In this document: one piece after another, positions 17,490-27,993 of the stretch
Numbering within the stretch: the stretch's first letter is position 1
How the letters are laid out: each line of letters begins with the position of its first letter
From: Candidatus Bathyarchaeia archaeon
Lineage (GTDB): Archaea > Thermoproteota > Bathyarchaeia > Bathyarchaeales > Bathycorpusculaceae
Direction of reading: 5' to 3'
Assembly: GCA_050010515.1 (NCBI GenBank)
Contig: JBEKKX010000023.1
Coordinates: forward strand, 1 to 36,565
Length of the DNA stretch: 36,565 nt
The notes under the pieces: generated by a model
Told to the model about the DNA's origin: nothing
Seen by the model: only the letters and a program-made list of their open reading frames with translations
The model's database searches: none
Translations under genes and position numbers: made by a program

Positions 17490-18986
17490 TTGTTTCCCAA
17501 AAAATATCTGTTTCCGTTGCTTGCGTTCGCCGTTCCGCTATTAGTTAGAGTTATTCCTGAGGTTTTGATGGGACCTTACGTTGTTGGCTTTGACACAATA
17601 GCGTATTATGTTTCGACCACAACGTTGTGGCTGCATGGCGATGTGAGCCTATTGAGTTTTATTGCTTCGGCGCCTTTGTTTTATACTTTGACTGCTGGGT
17701 TGACTTTAGCTAGTGGTTCAGTCGTTTTGGTGCTTAAGGTGCTTCCATCTGTGCTTTTGGGCTTTTTGGGGTTAGCCATATATGGTTATGCTAGGCGCGG
17801 CTTGGGCTGGTCGCCAAAAAAGAGTATAGTGCCTGCTCTAGTTGGAACTTTGTATTTTGTGGCTCTGCGAGTTTCGTGGGATGCGTTTCGAGAAGAGTTG
17901 GCGTTAATCTTTTTCTTTGTGGTTCTCATGTTGCTTGTCGTCAGAGCTGAGGCGTCGGGTAAGTTTTCTTGGAAGCGCTACGTAGCGTTTTCTTTGGCTC
18001 TAGCCGCGGTCGTATTGTCGAATCAAGTGATTGCTGCTCTCATGCTTGGTGTATTGCTTTTCACTGTTATTTATAAGCTGGTTCGCGAAAGCCGCGTTGA
18101 TGCCGTTCGTTTAATCGTGTTTTCTTTGCCGGCGGTGCTGCTTTTTTTCCTTATCTTTTATTTGAGTCCTGCAGTGCCTGAGTACCGTTTGATTTTTGGT
18201 TTCCCCACAACAAGTGACGGCTGGTTGGCTTTGTTTGGTTACCCTTCTTACTCCGCTATGTTGGCGAGTGAAGCAGGGTTTATTCTGTACTGTTTTCTGC
18301 CTTTACTTCCGTTAGCACTATTAAGTGTGAAGCGTTTTGGTAACTTTCAGATGCGCAGTTTGGTCATTTTGATTTTGATTGCGGCTTTGGTTCCTATGGT
18401 TAGCCCTAGCGATCTGCGTATTGTAATGTTGCTTGTTTATCCCTTAGCTTTTTATGCGACTGAAGGGTTAAGCTGGCTTAAGTCTGTTCACTGGAAGCGT
18501 TTTAGGATAACTTTGCTGCGCGTTGGCTTAGTTTATCTTATGCTTGCAACTGTGGTTCTGAGTTTCGGTTTCATGGTGATGTCTCCAGAAAGTCCTTTTC
18601 CGTATTTTCAGGCAGGGGTGAACCCTTACATTTACACGATTCCGACCTCGATGCTTCAGAACACCGTGTCCATAACTGACTGCCAAGGGACAGTAAATGC
18701 CCTTCAATGGCTTAAAGATAATATGACTGGTAACTCGATTTTGCTTACACACAGGGCGTTTTATGGTTGGGCGCTCACAACATTTAACCCTGATCAGGTG
18801 TTTCTGTATGAATTCGGCAATCCTTTAAACGCGGCAACGACTGCTGCCCAAGAAGGGTATAGTCAAATATACCTTATATGGTGGGTAAATGGAAAAGGAT
18901 GGGATGGGCAACCAACCGTGGCATCGGCATTTCATGAAATATATCAGAGTGGCGAAATTGCCATTTACCGCTATGCTCCAAATTAA
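17490..18986 (+). CDS. Multi-pass membrane protein, GT-C-like
   Basis: TM1 followed by RVIPE...VGFDTIAYY acidic loop; about 12 TM; soluble C-terminal domain (ALQWLKDN). Confidence 0.65.
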   Translation: MFPKKYLFPLLAFAVPLLVRVIPEVLMGPYVVGFDTIAYYVSTTTLWLHGDVSLLSFIASAPLFYTLTAGLTLASGSVVLVLKVLPSVLLGFLGLAIYGYARRGLGWSPKKSIVPALVGTLYFVALRVSWDAFREELALIFFFVVLMLLVVRAEASGKFSWKRYVAFSLALAAVVLSNQVIAALMLGVLLFTVIYKLVRESRVDAVRLIVFSLPAVLLFFLIFYLSPAVPEYRLIFGFPTTSDGWLALFGYPSYSAMLASEAGFILYCFLPLLPLALLSVKRFGNFQMRSLVILILIAALVPMVSPSDLRIVMLLVYPLAFYATEGLSWLKSVHWKRFRITLLRVGLVYLMLATVVLSFGFMVMSPESPFPYFQAGVNPYIYTIPTSMLQNTVSITDCQGTVNALQWLKDNMTGNSILLTHRAFYGWALTTFNPDQVFLYEFGNPLNAATTAAQEGYSQIYLIWWVNGKGWDGQPTVASAFHEIYQSGEIAIYRYAPN

Positions 18987-19092
18987 CTAATGCAGAGTTG
19001 AAAAACTGATAATTTCAAAAATTCGCGAGTTAATTTCAAAGCATAAATTAGCAAGCATAATCATCGTTGGCGTAGTCATAAGAGTTCTTCTG

Positions 19093-20409
19093 ATGCCGAT
19101 TTCCGCTCACCCTTACGATGTGTATACTTGGTATAGCATTTCAATGAGTATTTTGAAAAATGGGCCGTTCACTTTGCAGGCTTTTCCACCGTTGTGGTAT
19201 CATTATATGATGATTCCAATCGCTTATAGTTATAGTTGGCTTGCAGGCATTTTCTCCACAAGGGCTATTCCTATGGCTTCTCTTCCGTCGGCATTGAACT
19301 TCTATCCTTCTTTTAACGTTCTATATGTCCCAGGGATGCTTTTTGATTTTGTAGTTAAAATCCCCTTCTTGATTTCAGACATTGCGATAGCTTTTCTTCT
19401 TTACAAAATAGTTGAGGAATTAACACATAGCAAGGGGCTTGCTGAAAAAGCCGCGTTTCTCTGGTTCCTTAACCCATTTGTAATTTGGATTTCAGCTGGT
19501 TGGGGCATGTGGGACACTTTGCCTGCGCTTTTTTCTTTGGTTGCCTTCTTCTTTTTGTTGAGGAAGAGATATGCACTTTCCGCGGTCTTTCTCAGTTTAG
19601 GTGTGGCTTCAAAATTGTACCCTGCTTTGTTTTTGGTGCCTATTGCGGTTTATCTTTTTAAGTTGAGTCCTGTTGGAGATAGGTGGAAGAATTGCTTGAA
19701 GTTTTTTTCTGCCTTTACAGCCGCTACAGTTTTGCTTTTTCTTCCCTATTTCGGCACGATAGAAAGCTTTTTCACTAGCTACTTTGTGTCAAATCCTGCA
19801 GCGTCCGGTACTGTGGCTAATCAAGTTACTAATCCTGTGGCTTTTGGTCTTTCTTACTGGTCGCTTTATCAGCTAAATCGGCTACTCAACTTGCCTGTAA
19901 CTGCTGGGTTCGTTTCTTTTGTTTCGATGGCGTCGATTGTGCTTGTGGCTGTTGCTTTGGTGCTCGTTTACTGGAGAACTGTCAAAATCACTTTTCAGAG
20001 ACCCGCCTATGATTTGGCTTTTGTAATGCTTTTGCCTGTGCTTGCATTGTTTCTTTCATATAGAATTATTTGTGAGCAGTTTTTTGTTTGGGCAATACCC
20101 TTCCTAGTCATATTATGCGTGGGAGGACGCGTTAAAGAGGCTTTTTACTGGGCGGCTTCGATAGTAGCGTTACTTTACGCTGTACTGAATTGTCCGCTTC
20201 CTTTCTTCTTTTTGCCTTTAGCTCCACGGTACACCAATATTTTGCTGGATATGGTGCATGCTATTTGGGCTGTTGAACCCCTAAGAATTGTGGCTCTCGC
20301 CATATTAGGTTGCGTTTTTTCCATTTTGCTAGTTGTTATGCTATTCCAATTAGCGAAAACTCGGGATTCTAAAAAAATCGCGGCAGAAAACGTGACAAAA
20401 CAGAACTAA
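19093..20409 (+). CDS. GT-C glycosyltransferase (PIG-M/GT87-like); true start probably near 18998
   Basis: HPYD, FPPLW, KIPFLISD, WFLNP, WGMWD, KLYP, EQFFVW; frame open back to 18991. Confidence 0.8.
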   Translation: MPISAHPYDVYTWYSISMSILKNGPFTLQAFPPLWYHYMMIPIAYSYSWLAGIFSTRAIPMASLPSALNFYPSFNVLYVPGMLFDFVVKIPFLISDIAIAFLLYKIVEELTHSKGLAEKAAFLWFLNPFVIWISAGWGMWDTLPALFSLVAFFFLLRKRYALSAVFLSLGVASKLYPALFLVPIAVYLFKLSPVGDRWKNCLKFFSAFTAATVLLFLPYFGTIESFFTSYFVSNPAASGTVANQVTNPVAFGLSYWSLYQLNRLLNLPVTAGFVSFVSMASIVLVAVALVLVYWRTVKITFQRPAYDLAFVMLLPVLALFLSYRIICEQFFVWAIPFLVILCVGGRVKEAFYWAASIVALLYAVLNCPLPFFFLPLAPRYTNILLDMVHAIWAVEPLRIVALAILGCVFSILLVVMLFQLAKTRDSKKIAAENVTKQN

Positions 20410-20582
20410 CAATAAGATGCGATGACGTTAATATTTGCTTAGAAAAAGATTTAGAGTGATTGAAACTTTGGATAATAATCTATTAAATTTTAGGCGCTAA
20501 ATTTCATTTAACATGCATAATTCATAAATACCCTGCAAGGGAAGGTACTAAAATAACTATTATCTAAGAAAGGAAACAAACG

Positions 20583-20981
20583 ATGTCTAAAGCTGCGCTA
20601 AATGGCGATGTTTTCTGCTTCCTTGATAAAAAGCAACTGGTTAATCTGAAAACTAAAGCTATGCGTTCTGGCGCATGGTTCAAGGCATTGCAAAGAATAG
20701 ACAGAGTACTCTTTGATTTAACAATAAGAGTTGTGGATAATATCCGAAGTGCAAAGTTAGCAAAAAGCATACATGTGCTTACAAGGAAGCTGGAAGATGC
20801 TATAAAAAGCAGCAGTTTTTCAAGCCGTTTGAGGGCGATTGGTTTACCTCTGACTCAAAAAATCAGTTTCATGGCTCAGAAGTTGGGAAATATTTCTGCT
20901 GGTGACTGGGTATTTGATTCTTCGTTCGCAATCTTCTTGGCTGTGATGCACGTTAATAGTGTTAAAATATTCAAACAGTAA
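20583..20981 (+). CDS. Basic conserved archaeal hypothetical protein
   Basis: LKTKAMRSGAWFKALQRIDRVLFDLTIRVV motif, which I recall from TACK-archaeal glycosylation loci. Confidence 0.7.
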   Translation: MSKAALNGDVFCFLDKKQLVNLKTKAMRSGAWFKALQRIDRVLFDLTIRVVDNIRSAKLAKSIHVLTRKLEDAIKSSSFSSRLRAIGLPLTQKISFMAQKLGNISAGDWVFDSSFAIFLAVMHVNSVKIFKQ

Positions 20982-21108
20982 TTCAAAATTGGTGAGTCAT
21001 AACTCTTTGTTAGGTGGAACTTTGAGAATTTTTTTTGTGTGTATCCCAAGATTATGGCAAACGTTAAATTCTGGGCTTCGCTCTTAAGCATAGCAGTGCC
21101 TCAGTAAC

Positions 21109-21357
21109 ATGATTCAAATTGGCTTCAACAAGATTATGATTAAAGTTAAAGGTTACGTTAAGGAGAATTGGGGCTCTCCCTTTATCTTGGGGTTCATGCT
21201 GCTTTTGATTGCTGCCGCTGTTTCCCTGTCTACAGGCTTGTCTTCCCTAGCTGACACTGTAGCCGTTTACGCGTATTATGCCTTGGTCGCTGGGGTTTTT
21301 CTCCAACTTGCCAGCTTTCTGAAATATCGCGGAAAAAGCAATGAGGTGGCGGTTTAA
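21109..21357 (+). CDS. Small two-TM membrane protein
   Basis: ENWGSPFILGF...AVYAYYALVAGVFLQL; TAATG overlap with the next gene. Confidence 0.75.
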   Translation: MIQIGFNKIMIKVKGYVKENWGSPFILGFMLLLIAAAVSLSTGLSSLADTVAVYAYYALVAGVFLQLASFLKYRGKSNEVAV

Positions 21358-22130
21358 TGCAGCAAGTAGAATTATCTTTCGTTATTCCAGCATATAATGA
21401 GGAAGACTTCATTGAGGACATGCTTGAGTCAATAGACGCGGTTATTGCGGGTAAGCATTTGCCGTATGAAATTTTGGTTGTTGACGACGGTAGCCGTGAT
21501 AGGACATTTGCGAACGCTGTGAGATACGCAAAAAGAAACGGTCACGTTAAAGTTTTAAGTTACCCTGAGAATGTGGGAAAAGGCCATGCGGTAAAAACTG
21601 GTTTCATGCAGTCCAACGGAGATGTTGTTGTTTTTGCGGATAGCGATATGGAAATCGATTTGAGCGTTATCTCAAAATACATAGAAGCTTTGAAACGTGG
21701 CGATATTGTCATAGCTTCTAAAAAGCATCCTGATTCCCGAGTGAAAGTATCTTTATCTCGTAAGATTTTGAGTAGTGGTTTCAACAGTTTAGTTAGGCTT
21801 CTAACTGGGGTGCCTCTTAAAGATACTCAGTCTGGGCTTAAAGCGATGAGGAAGAGTGCGTTCGTTGATATTTTCCCTCGATTGGCTGTGAAGCGTTATG
21901 CCTTTGATGTTGAATTGCTAGCTGTGGCCAATCTTTTTGGCTTAAAAGTTGTGGAGATGCCTGTAAATATAAAGTTAGATGCTTCGTTTAAGCCAAAGGA
22001 AATGTGGCACATGTTTCTTGATTTGCTTGGAATAACATATAGGCTTAGAGTGATTCATTGGTATCAGCGCCCGCTTCCCAGTAAAAATGGTTTTCAAAAC
22101 ATGGCTTCATTTGTTCTTCGTGAACATTAA
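21357..22130 (+). CDS. GT2 dolichyl-phosphate sugar synthase (ALG5/DPM1-like)
   Basis: IPAYNEE, VDDGSRD, NVGKGHAV, FADSD, DTQSGLK, YAFDVELL, EMPV. Confidence 0.88.
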   Translation: MQQVELSFVIPAYNEEDFIEDMLESIDAVIAGKHLPYEILVVDDGSRDRTFANAVRYAKRNGHVKVLSYPENVGKGHAVKTGFMQSNGDVVVFADSDMEIDLSVISKYIEALKRGDIVIASKKHPDSRVKVSLSRKILSSGFNSLVRLLTGVPLKDTQSGLKAMRKSAFVDIFPRLAVKRYAFDVELLAVANLFGLKVVEMPVNIKLDASFKPKEMWHMFLDLLGITYRLRVIHWYQRPLPSKNGFQNMASFVLREH

Positions 22131-23086
22131 TGTCTTCGAAACCGCTTGTTTCAATTATTATTCCTTGTAAAGACGTGGACGATTATACGAGAGAGTGTAT
22201 TGAATACTGTAGACGCTTGGATTATCCAAATTTTGAGATAATATTGTTACCTGACTATTCTACCGAACCGATTGATGGGGTCAAAGTTGTAGCTACTGGA
22301 CCTGTAGCTCCTGGAGTCAAACGGAACATGGGCGTCAAAAGATCAAATGGCGAGTTCTGTGCTTTCATCGACAATGACGCTTATCCTCGAAGCGACTGGT
22401 TAACCAGCGCTTTGAAGCTTCTTGCAGATCCACATGTTGGTGGCGTCGGAGGGCCCGGATTGACACCTGAAACAGATGGTTTACTGCAAAAGGCTGGAGG
22501 CTATGTTCTTTCGTCATTTATGGTGGGCAATTTATCGAGTAGATACAAAACTAAAAGCTGTTTTGCATCGGATGATATACATTCATGCAATTTCATAGCT
22601 CAAAAAGCGATAATAGAAGAGGCTGGCGGGTGGAATGAGCAATACTGGCCAGGCGAAGACACACTCATGTGCTTGGCAATAAAAAAGATAGGCAAAGAAC
22701 TAATCGAATCGTGTGATGTAGTTGTTTATCATCATCGTCGTTCACTCTTTAGACCGCATCTGAAACAGGTTTCAAGATTTGGGGAACATCGAGGATTCTT
22801 CGCCAAAAAGTTCCCAGAAAATTCGGTAAAGCTGACTTACTTCTTTCCTTCTCTACTCGTATCTTCTCTTGTTGCTGGAATAGTGCTTTCTCTAATATTT
22901 CCCTTCTTTGCCTACGTCATGTTATTTGGCGTAGCGGTGTATCTTGTTTCAAGTTTAGTTGCAGCGGCTCTTCAAGTGAATAGCGTGAAGTTAATACTGT
23001 CAGTTTGGTCGGGCATTATCGTAACTCATTTAGTCTACGGTTTATTCTTTCTATCGGGATTAGTGAAGCGTGACCTGAAAAGATGA
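22130..23086 (+). CDS. GT2 glycosyltransferase with C-terminal TM helices
   Basis: KRNMG, FIDND, VGGPG, GED, VYHHRR; three C-terminal TMs; TAATG overlap. Confidence 0.9.
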   Translation: MSSKPLVSIIIPCKDVDDYTRECIEYCRRLDYPNFEIILLPDYSTEPIDGVKVVATGPVAPGVKRNMGVKRSNGEFCAFIDNDAYPRSDWLTSALKLLADPHVGGVGGPGLTPETDGLLQKAGGYVLSSFMVGNLSSRYKTKSCFASDDIHSCNFIAQKAIIEEAGGWNEQYWPGEDTLMCLAIKKIGKELIESCDVVVYHHRRSLFRPHLKQVSRFGEHRGFFAKKFPENSVKLTYFFPSLLVSSLVAGIVLSLIFPFFAYVMLFGVAVYLVSSLVAAALQVNSVKLILSVWSGIIVTHLVYGLFFLSGLVKRDLKR

Positions 23087-24555
23087 AAATCAGTATCTCT
23101 TACCCCCCAATACATTCAGAAAAAGGGGTCCCACTTCTATCGCAAAACAGACAATTCCAGTATTTTCAATCGCCCACGTACATTTACCCTGTCGTTCCCG
23201 CGTATGCTGCAACTTTGTTAGCGAATTCGGGTTATGATGTGGTTTGGGATGACGGGATTGCAGAGGAAAAAACTTATAGCCAATGGTTAAGCGGTTTGGA
23301 GCGGAGCAATCCTGATGTTATCATGATGGAGACTAAAACTCCAGTGGTAAAGAAGCATTGGTCCATGATTGGCGACGTGAAAAAAGTTCTTTCTAACTCG
23401 AAGGTTGTTTTGGTTGGCGATCATGTTACTGCGTTACCTCAGGAATCGATGGAGCAGAGCAAGGTTGATTTTGTTCTGACAGGCGGCGACTATGACTTTC
23501 TGTTACTAAACTTGGTTAATTTTCTTAATGGCAAGGCAAAAGAGCTTGAGTCTGGGGTTTGGTACCGTGAAAGCGGAAGCATAAAGAATACTGGTCAGTT
23601 TAAGCTGAATCATAGTTTGGATGATTTGCCACATATTAATCGTGACTTGACGAAATGGCAGCTTTACAACGAACGAAACGGCAACTTCAAGGATACTCCA
23701 GGCGCCTACACAATGGCAGGTCGCGACTGCTGGTGGCGAAAAGACGGAGGCTGCACCTTCTGCTCCTGGCCTACTTTGTACCCAACTTTCCGAGCGATGA
23801 AGCCTGAACATTTAGCAGATGAGATAGGTTTGTTGATTGAGAAGTATGGCGTTAAGTCAGTGTTTGATGACACTGGTTGTTTTCCAGCGGGTGAATGGCT
23901 TAGACGCTTCGCCAACCTGATGATAGAACGCGGATATAACAAAAAGGTTCAGTTTAGTTGTAACATGCGGTTTGGAGCATTAACGCGAGATGATTATCAG
24001 TTAATTAAGAAGGCAGGTTTCAGGATGCTTCTTTTCGGTGTGGAATCCGGAAGCCAAGCTACACTTGACAGGCTTAACAAGGGAACAAAAATCGACGATA
24101 TCATGAACGAGTGCAGAATACCCCGAGAAGAAGGGTTAGAACCGCACATAACGATTATGGTGGGTTATCCATGGGAGACACGCCAAGAAGCCTTAAGCAC
24201 GCTGAACGTGGCTAAGATGTTGATGCAGAAAGGTTGGGCTGTTACCCTGCAGTCTACCGTTGTTATTCCTTATCCAGGAAGTAAACTGTACGCTGAAGCC
24301 TTGAAGAATGGCTGGTTCCGAGTTGACCCGAAGGACTACGAACTTTTTGACATGAAAGAACCTGTCATGAGAACACCTGACATGACGCCTGAAGAAGTAA
24401 TGAAACTCTGCGACGAAATATACAAAGTATTCCTGACACCACAGTACATGCTCAAACAACTTGTTAGAATACGAACGTTTAGAGATGTTAAATATTCAGT
24501 TAAGGGCGCAGCAAAAGTCTTAGGGCACGTGAAAGATTTTGGAAAAAACAAATAA
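23083..24555 (+). CDS. Cobalamin-binding radical SAM protein
   Basis: N-terminal B12-binding-like domain (VLVGDHVTALP); CWWRKDGGCTFC; FGVESGSQ, MVGYPWET, IPYPGS; ATGA overlap. Confidence 0.88.
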   Translation: MKISISYPPIHSEKGVPLLSQNRQFQYFQSPTYIYPVVPAYAATLLANSGYDVVWDDGIAEEKTYSQWLSGLERSNPDVIMMETKTPVVKKHWSMIGDVKKVLSNSKVVLVGDHVTALPQESMEQSKVDFVLTGGDYDFLLLNLVNFLNGKAKELESGVWYRESGSIKNTGQFKLNHSLDDLPHINRDLTKWQLYNERNGNFKDTPGAYTMAGRDCWWRKDGGCTFCSWPTLYPTFRAMKPEHLADEIGLLIEKYGVKSVFDDTGCFPAGEWLRRFANLMIERGYNKKVQFSCNMRFGALTRDDYQLIKKAGFRMLLFGVESGSQATLDRLNKGTKIDDIMNECRIPREEGLEPHITIMVGYPWETRQEALSTLNVAKMLMQKGWAVTLQSTVVIPYPGSKLYAEALKNGWFRVDPKDYELFDMKEPVMRTPDMTPEEVMKLCDEIYKVFLTPQYMLKQLVRIRTFRDVKYSVKGAAKVLGHVKDFGKNK

Positions 24556-25405
24556 TTCTCTGAGAAATCAAGTCAATCTTTCGGAGGATAAACCGTTAGT
24601 TTCCGTTTTAATTCCAACATATAACTCAGGTAGCACAATAGAGAAATGCGTTGAATCAGTTAAAGCGCAAACTTATCAGAATATTGAGATAATCGTCATT
24701 GACAACTATAGTTCAGACGGAACAAAAAGAATAGCTGAAAGTCTCGGAGTTAAAACTTTAACGAAAGGACCCGAAAGATCAGCTCAAATGAATTACGGTG
24801 TATCCTGTGCGATTGGGAAATACATTCTTCGCGTCGACTCAGACATGATTTTGGACAAAGACCTTATCGAAAAATGTCTCAGGCTATGCCATAAGGGGGC
24901 TGAGGCTATTGTGGTTCCAGTTTTGCCACATCCGAATGGGCCCAATAATTTTTGGGTATCCTGCAGGATGTTGGAACAGAAAATGTTGTTGGATGATATG
25001 GTTAATGTTGCCCCACGATTCATTGATCGAAGTGTTTTCTTGGCGGTAGGTGGCTATGATGAAACAATCGTTGCTTGGGAAGATTATGACCTCCATAATA
25101 GGCTGCTTGAATCAGGCTGTAAAGTATTTTCACTGCAAGATTCTGCTCTATGGCATCTTGGGGAAGCTTCTTCTCTCGGCGAAGTCGTAGTTAGAATGGT
25201 TAGGTACGGGAAGACGGGGTCGCTAGGTTTGTTCACTAAGAAACATGGTTTAAGTGGATTGAAGCAAATATCGATAATTAGGCCTTCTTTTTTTAAGCAT
25301 CGTAATTACTTTATTACGGATCCAGCACATTTTGTAGGAATATTTGTTATGAAGATTGTGCAGAGTGTTTCTGTTGCACTTGGTGCTTTCATACGGCAAC
25401 TATAA
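24539..25405 (+). CDS. GT2 glycosyltransferase (start uncertain)
   Basis: VSVLIPTYN, IDNYSSDGT, ERSAQMN, VDSD, GGYDE, EDYDL. Confidence 0.9.
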   Translation: MEKTNNSLRNQVNLSEDKPLVSVLIPTYNSGSTIEKCVESVKAQTYQNIEIIVIDNYSSDGTKRIAESLGVKTLTKGPERSAQMNYGVSCAIGKYILRVDSDMILDKDLIEKCLRLCHKGAEAIVVPVLPHPNGPNNFWVSCRMLEQKMLLDDMVNVAPRFIDRSVFLAVGGYDETIVAWEDYDLHNRLLESGCKVFSLQDSALWHLGEASSLGEVVVRMVRYGKTGSLGLFTKKHGLSGLKQISIIRPSFFKHRNYFITDPAHFVGIFVMKIVQSVSVALGAFIRQL

Positions 25406-25493
25406 TATCGCTGTCAACGATGTCCATGCAAAGAACTCTATTCAGAGAACGGTATTAGCGTAAAATTTATTATATGACAAGGCGAAAAGACAG

Positions 25494-26696
25494 ATGACAT
25501 TGATAGAGGAATAGAAAATAAAAGTAATTGCCTTTCTAAACTCCTATACCCAAGGCGTGAGTGGTGGCGATCTTCGATTTATAGAGATCATGAAAAGACT
25601 GAACGAAAAGGGAGTTGTGGACTTAACTGTAGTGACTTCTTGGCATGGAGAAGATTTATGTCGAGGGCGAGACTTAAACGCGGTTTTCAAATTAACCACT
25701 CAGGAACGCGAAGCAAGGAACGTTGTTTTACTGTATATGAAAAGAATAGTTTCTGCCTTGTCTCTAAGTTTTGAGGTGAAAGCAAACACTGTTTTATATT
25801 CAACTTCTGATTTTCTTCCCGATGTTTTGCCTGCTTTCGTTTGGAAGTTGAGAAAAAGAAAAATGAAATGGATTACCTGTATCTTTTTGGTTGTTCCAAA
25901 TCTATTTAGAGATTACACCCAAAGTTTTGACAAAAATAATCGACTTTCGGTGCCAACACCTCGGCGGTTGCTTTATTTTTTAAGTCAACAGTTCACTATA
26001 TCTTGGGGAAAACGTTGGGCTAATCAAATGTTGGTTCTGAACAAGATGGACAAAGAATATCTAGTATACAACAAAGGCGTTGATGAGTCTAAAGTGAGCG
26101 TGGTTAATGGCGGCGTAGATTATGATCACATAAACAGTTTAAAAACTGATGTCAAGCTATACGATGGAGTTTTTCTTGGACGTTTTCATCCGCAAAAAGG
26201 CATTTTTGATTTAATAAGAATATGGAAATTGATCTGTGAAAAGAAGCCAAACGCCAAATTATGCATAATAGGCAGTGGTTCAGCATCGATAACAGAAAAA
26301 GTCACGGCGGCAATAACAGAAAGCAGTCTTTCCGATAATGTAGTCCTAGTTGGCTCTAAAACTAGCGATGATAAGTTTCTATTGCTAAAATCGAGCGGCA
26401 TTTTCTTATGCCCAAGTCACTATGAAAGTTTTGCAATTGTCATAGCTGAAGCGATGGCTTGTGGACTGCCTGTAGTCGCCTATGATCTGCCCATATACAA
26501 AGACTTATACGGGGAAAATATTTCGAAGGTTCCTTTAGGCGATCTGAAGCAATTCGCAGATGCCATCATGAATTTTCTCACTAATGACGAGTTGAGACGA
26601 ATTTTTGGCCTTGCAGGTCAGAAATTCATAGAAAGATATGATTGGGACAAAGTTGCAAAACAAGAAATACTGCTGATAGAAGGCTTACAAAAATGA
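25494..26696 (+). CDS. GT4 glycosyltransferase with an in-frame TAG at codon 7 (or ATA start at 25518)
   Basis: SGGD, NGGVD, GRFHPQKG, SHYESFAIVIAEAMACGLPVV; the first beta-strand KVIAFLNS lies upstream of the track's GTG 25557. Confidence 0.8.
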
Positions 26697-26958
26697 ATAC
26701 GTTGTACGATAAATGTTTGCAAAACAGGAATTTCAATCAAGTAACTGCCAATTTGAACAATCAACAAGTGTGTGCTCTCCCCTCCCTCAATTCTCTGATA
26801 AGACCTAATATCTTACAAATTGCAATTACCGCCCATAAAGAAATGAAGGCTAATCTCTTATGCATATCCTATTCATAGTTAGATTTGACCCGTTTAAGTG
26901 TTCTTCTGGTACTGAGATCTTCGTTGGCAAGCGTGCGCTAAAAAAAACGGTGGTTTAA

Positions 26959-27993
26959 ATGGCCAGTTCACAGGTAAAAAAGGTAAGTGTAATTATTTTG
27001 ACCTATAATGGCAAGAGACTTCTGGAGCAATTCTTGTCATCAGTTAAGAAATTAGATTACAGTAACTATGAAGTGATTATTCTAGATAATGGCTCTACTG
27101 ATGGAAGTGTTGATTTCGTGAAAAACCATTTTCCTGAATTTACCATTTTCAAAAATGAGACGAATGTGGGATTTTCTAAAGGGTGTAACATCGGGGCACA
27201 GCACGCATCTGGCGATTATCTCCTCTTCGTGGCCAACGACATGGAGGTTGACTCCAACTTAATCAAGGAGATGGTGAAAATGGTGGAGTCTGATCCTGCT
27301 ATTGGCGTCTGCGCGTCTAAAACCTTGAAACTTGGTGTTAACAATAGGAGAACTAAAATCATTGATAATGTAGGTGGCGAACTAGATATACTAGGCTTTA
27401 GCATACCGAGAGGCGTAAATGAGGTAGATAAAACGCAATGGGATTTTGAGACAACTGTTTTTTTTGCCTATGGTTGCCCATCTCTGATAAAGCATGAAGT
27501 TTTTGACAAGGTTGGCGGTTTCGATCCTGAATACTTTGCACTTTATGAGGACATAGACCTTTGTTGGCGGGTTAAATTGACCGGGTATAAAATAGCAGTT
27601 AATCCATCTGCTATCAGTTATCATAAAGGTTCGGTAACCGTCAAATCTATTTTTGATCGAGGGGGTATAAGATTCTTGGCTGAAAAGAATATTCTGAGGA
27701 CTCTGCTGAAGAATTATTCAACCTCAACACTGATCAGAATACTTCCTCAATATATTGCAATTTTGTCGAGTGAAATGGTTTTTTACTTGGCCATAAGAAG
27801 AGTTGATATGGCTTTAGCGCTAGTAAAGTCGGTCATATGGAACATTACGCACATTAAAAGCGCTTTATATCTACGCGTTAGGATTCAGAAAATACGAGTT
27901 GTGAGTGATGATGTCATTCAAAAAGAGATGATTAAGAAAAGTCTAAAGATTACTATTCTTAGGCAATGGCTTATGGGTAGGTTTATAATATGA
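26959..27993 (+). CDS. GT2 glycosyltransferase (rhamnosyltransferase-like)
   Basis: IILTYNG, DNGSTDGS, NVGFSKGCN, GGFD, EDIDLCWR. Confidence 0.92.
   Translation: MASSQVKKVSVIILTYNGKRLLEQFLSSVKKLDYSNYEVIILDNGSTDGSVDFVKNHFPEFTIFKNETNVGFSKGCNIGAQHASGDYLLFVANDMEVDSNLIKEMVKMVESDPAIGVCASKTLKLGVNNRRTKIIDNVGGELDILGFSIPRGVNEVDKTQWDFETTVFFAYGCPSLIKHEVFDKVGGFDPEYFALYEDIDLCWRVKLTGYKIAVNPSAISYHKGSVTVKSIFDRGGIRFLAEKNILRTLLKNYSTSTLIRILPQYIAILSSEMVFYLAIRRVDMALALVKSVIWNITHIKSALYLRVRIQKIRVVSDDVIQKEMIKKSLKITILRQWLMGRFII

Noticed and set aside
25512-25514. Genome-wide TAG recoding
   Set aside because: TAG ends the ligase (next gene starts 1 nt later), DUF72 and GT2 genes at their expected termini
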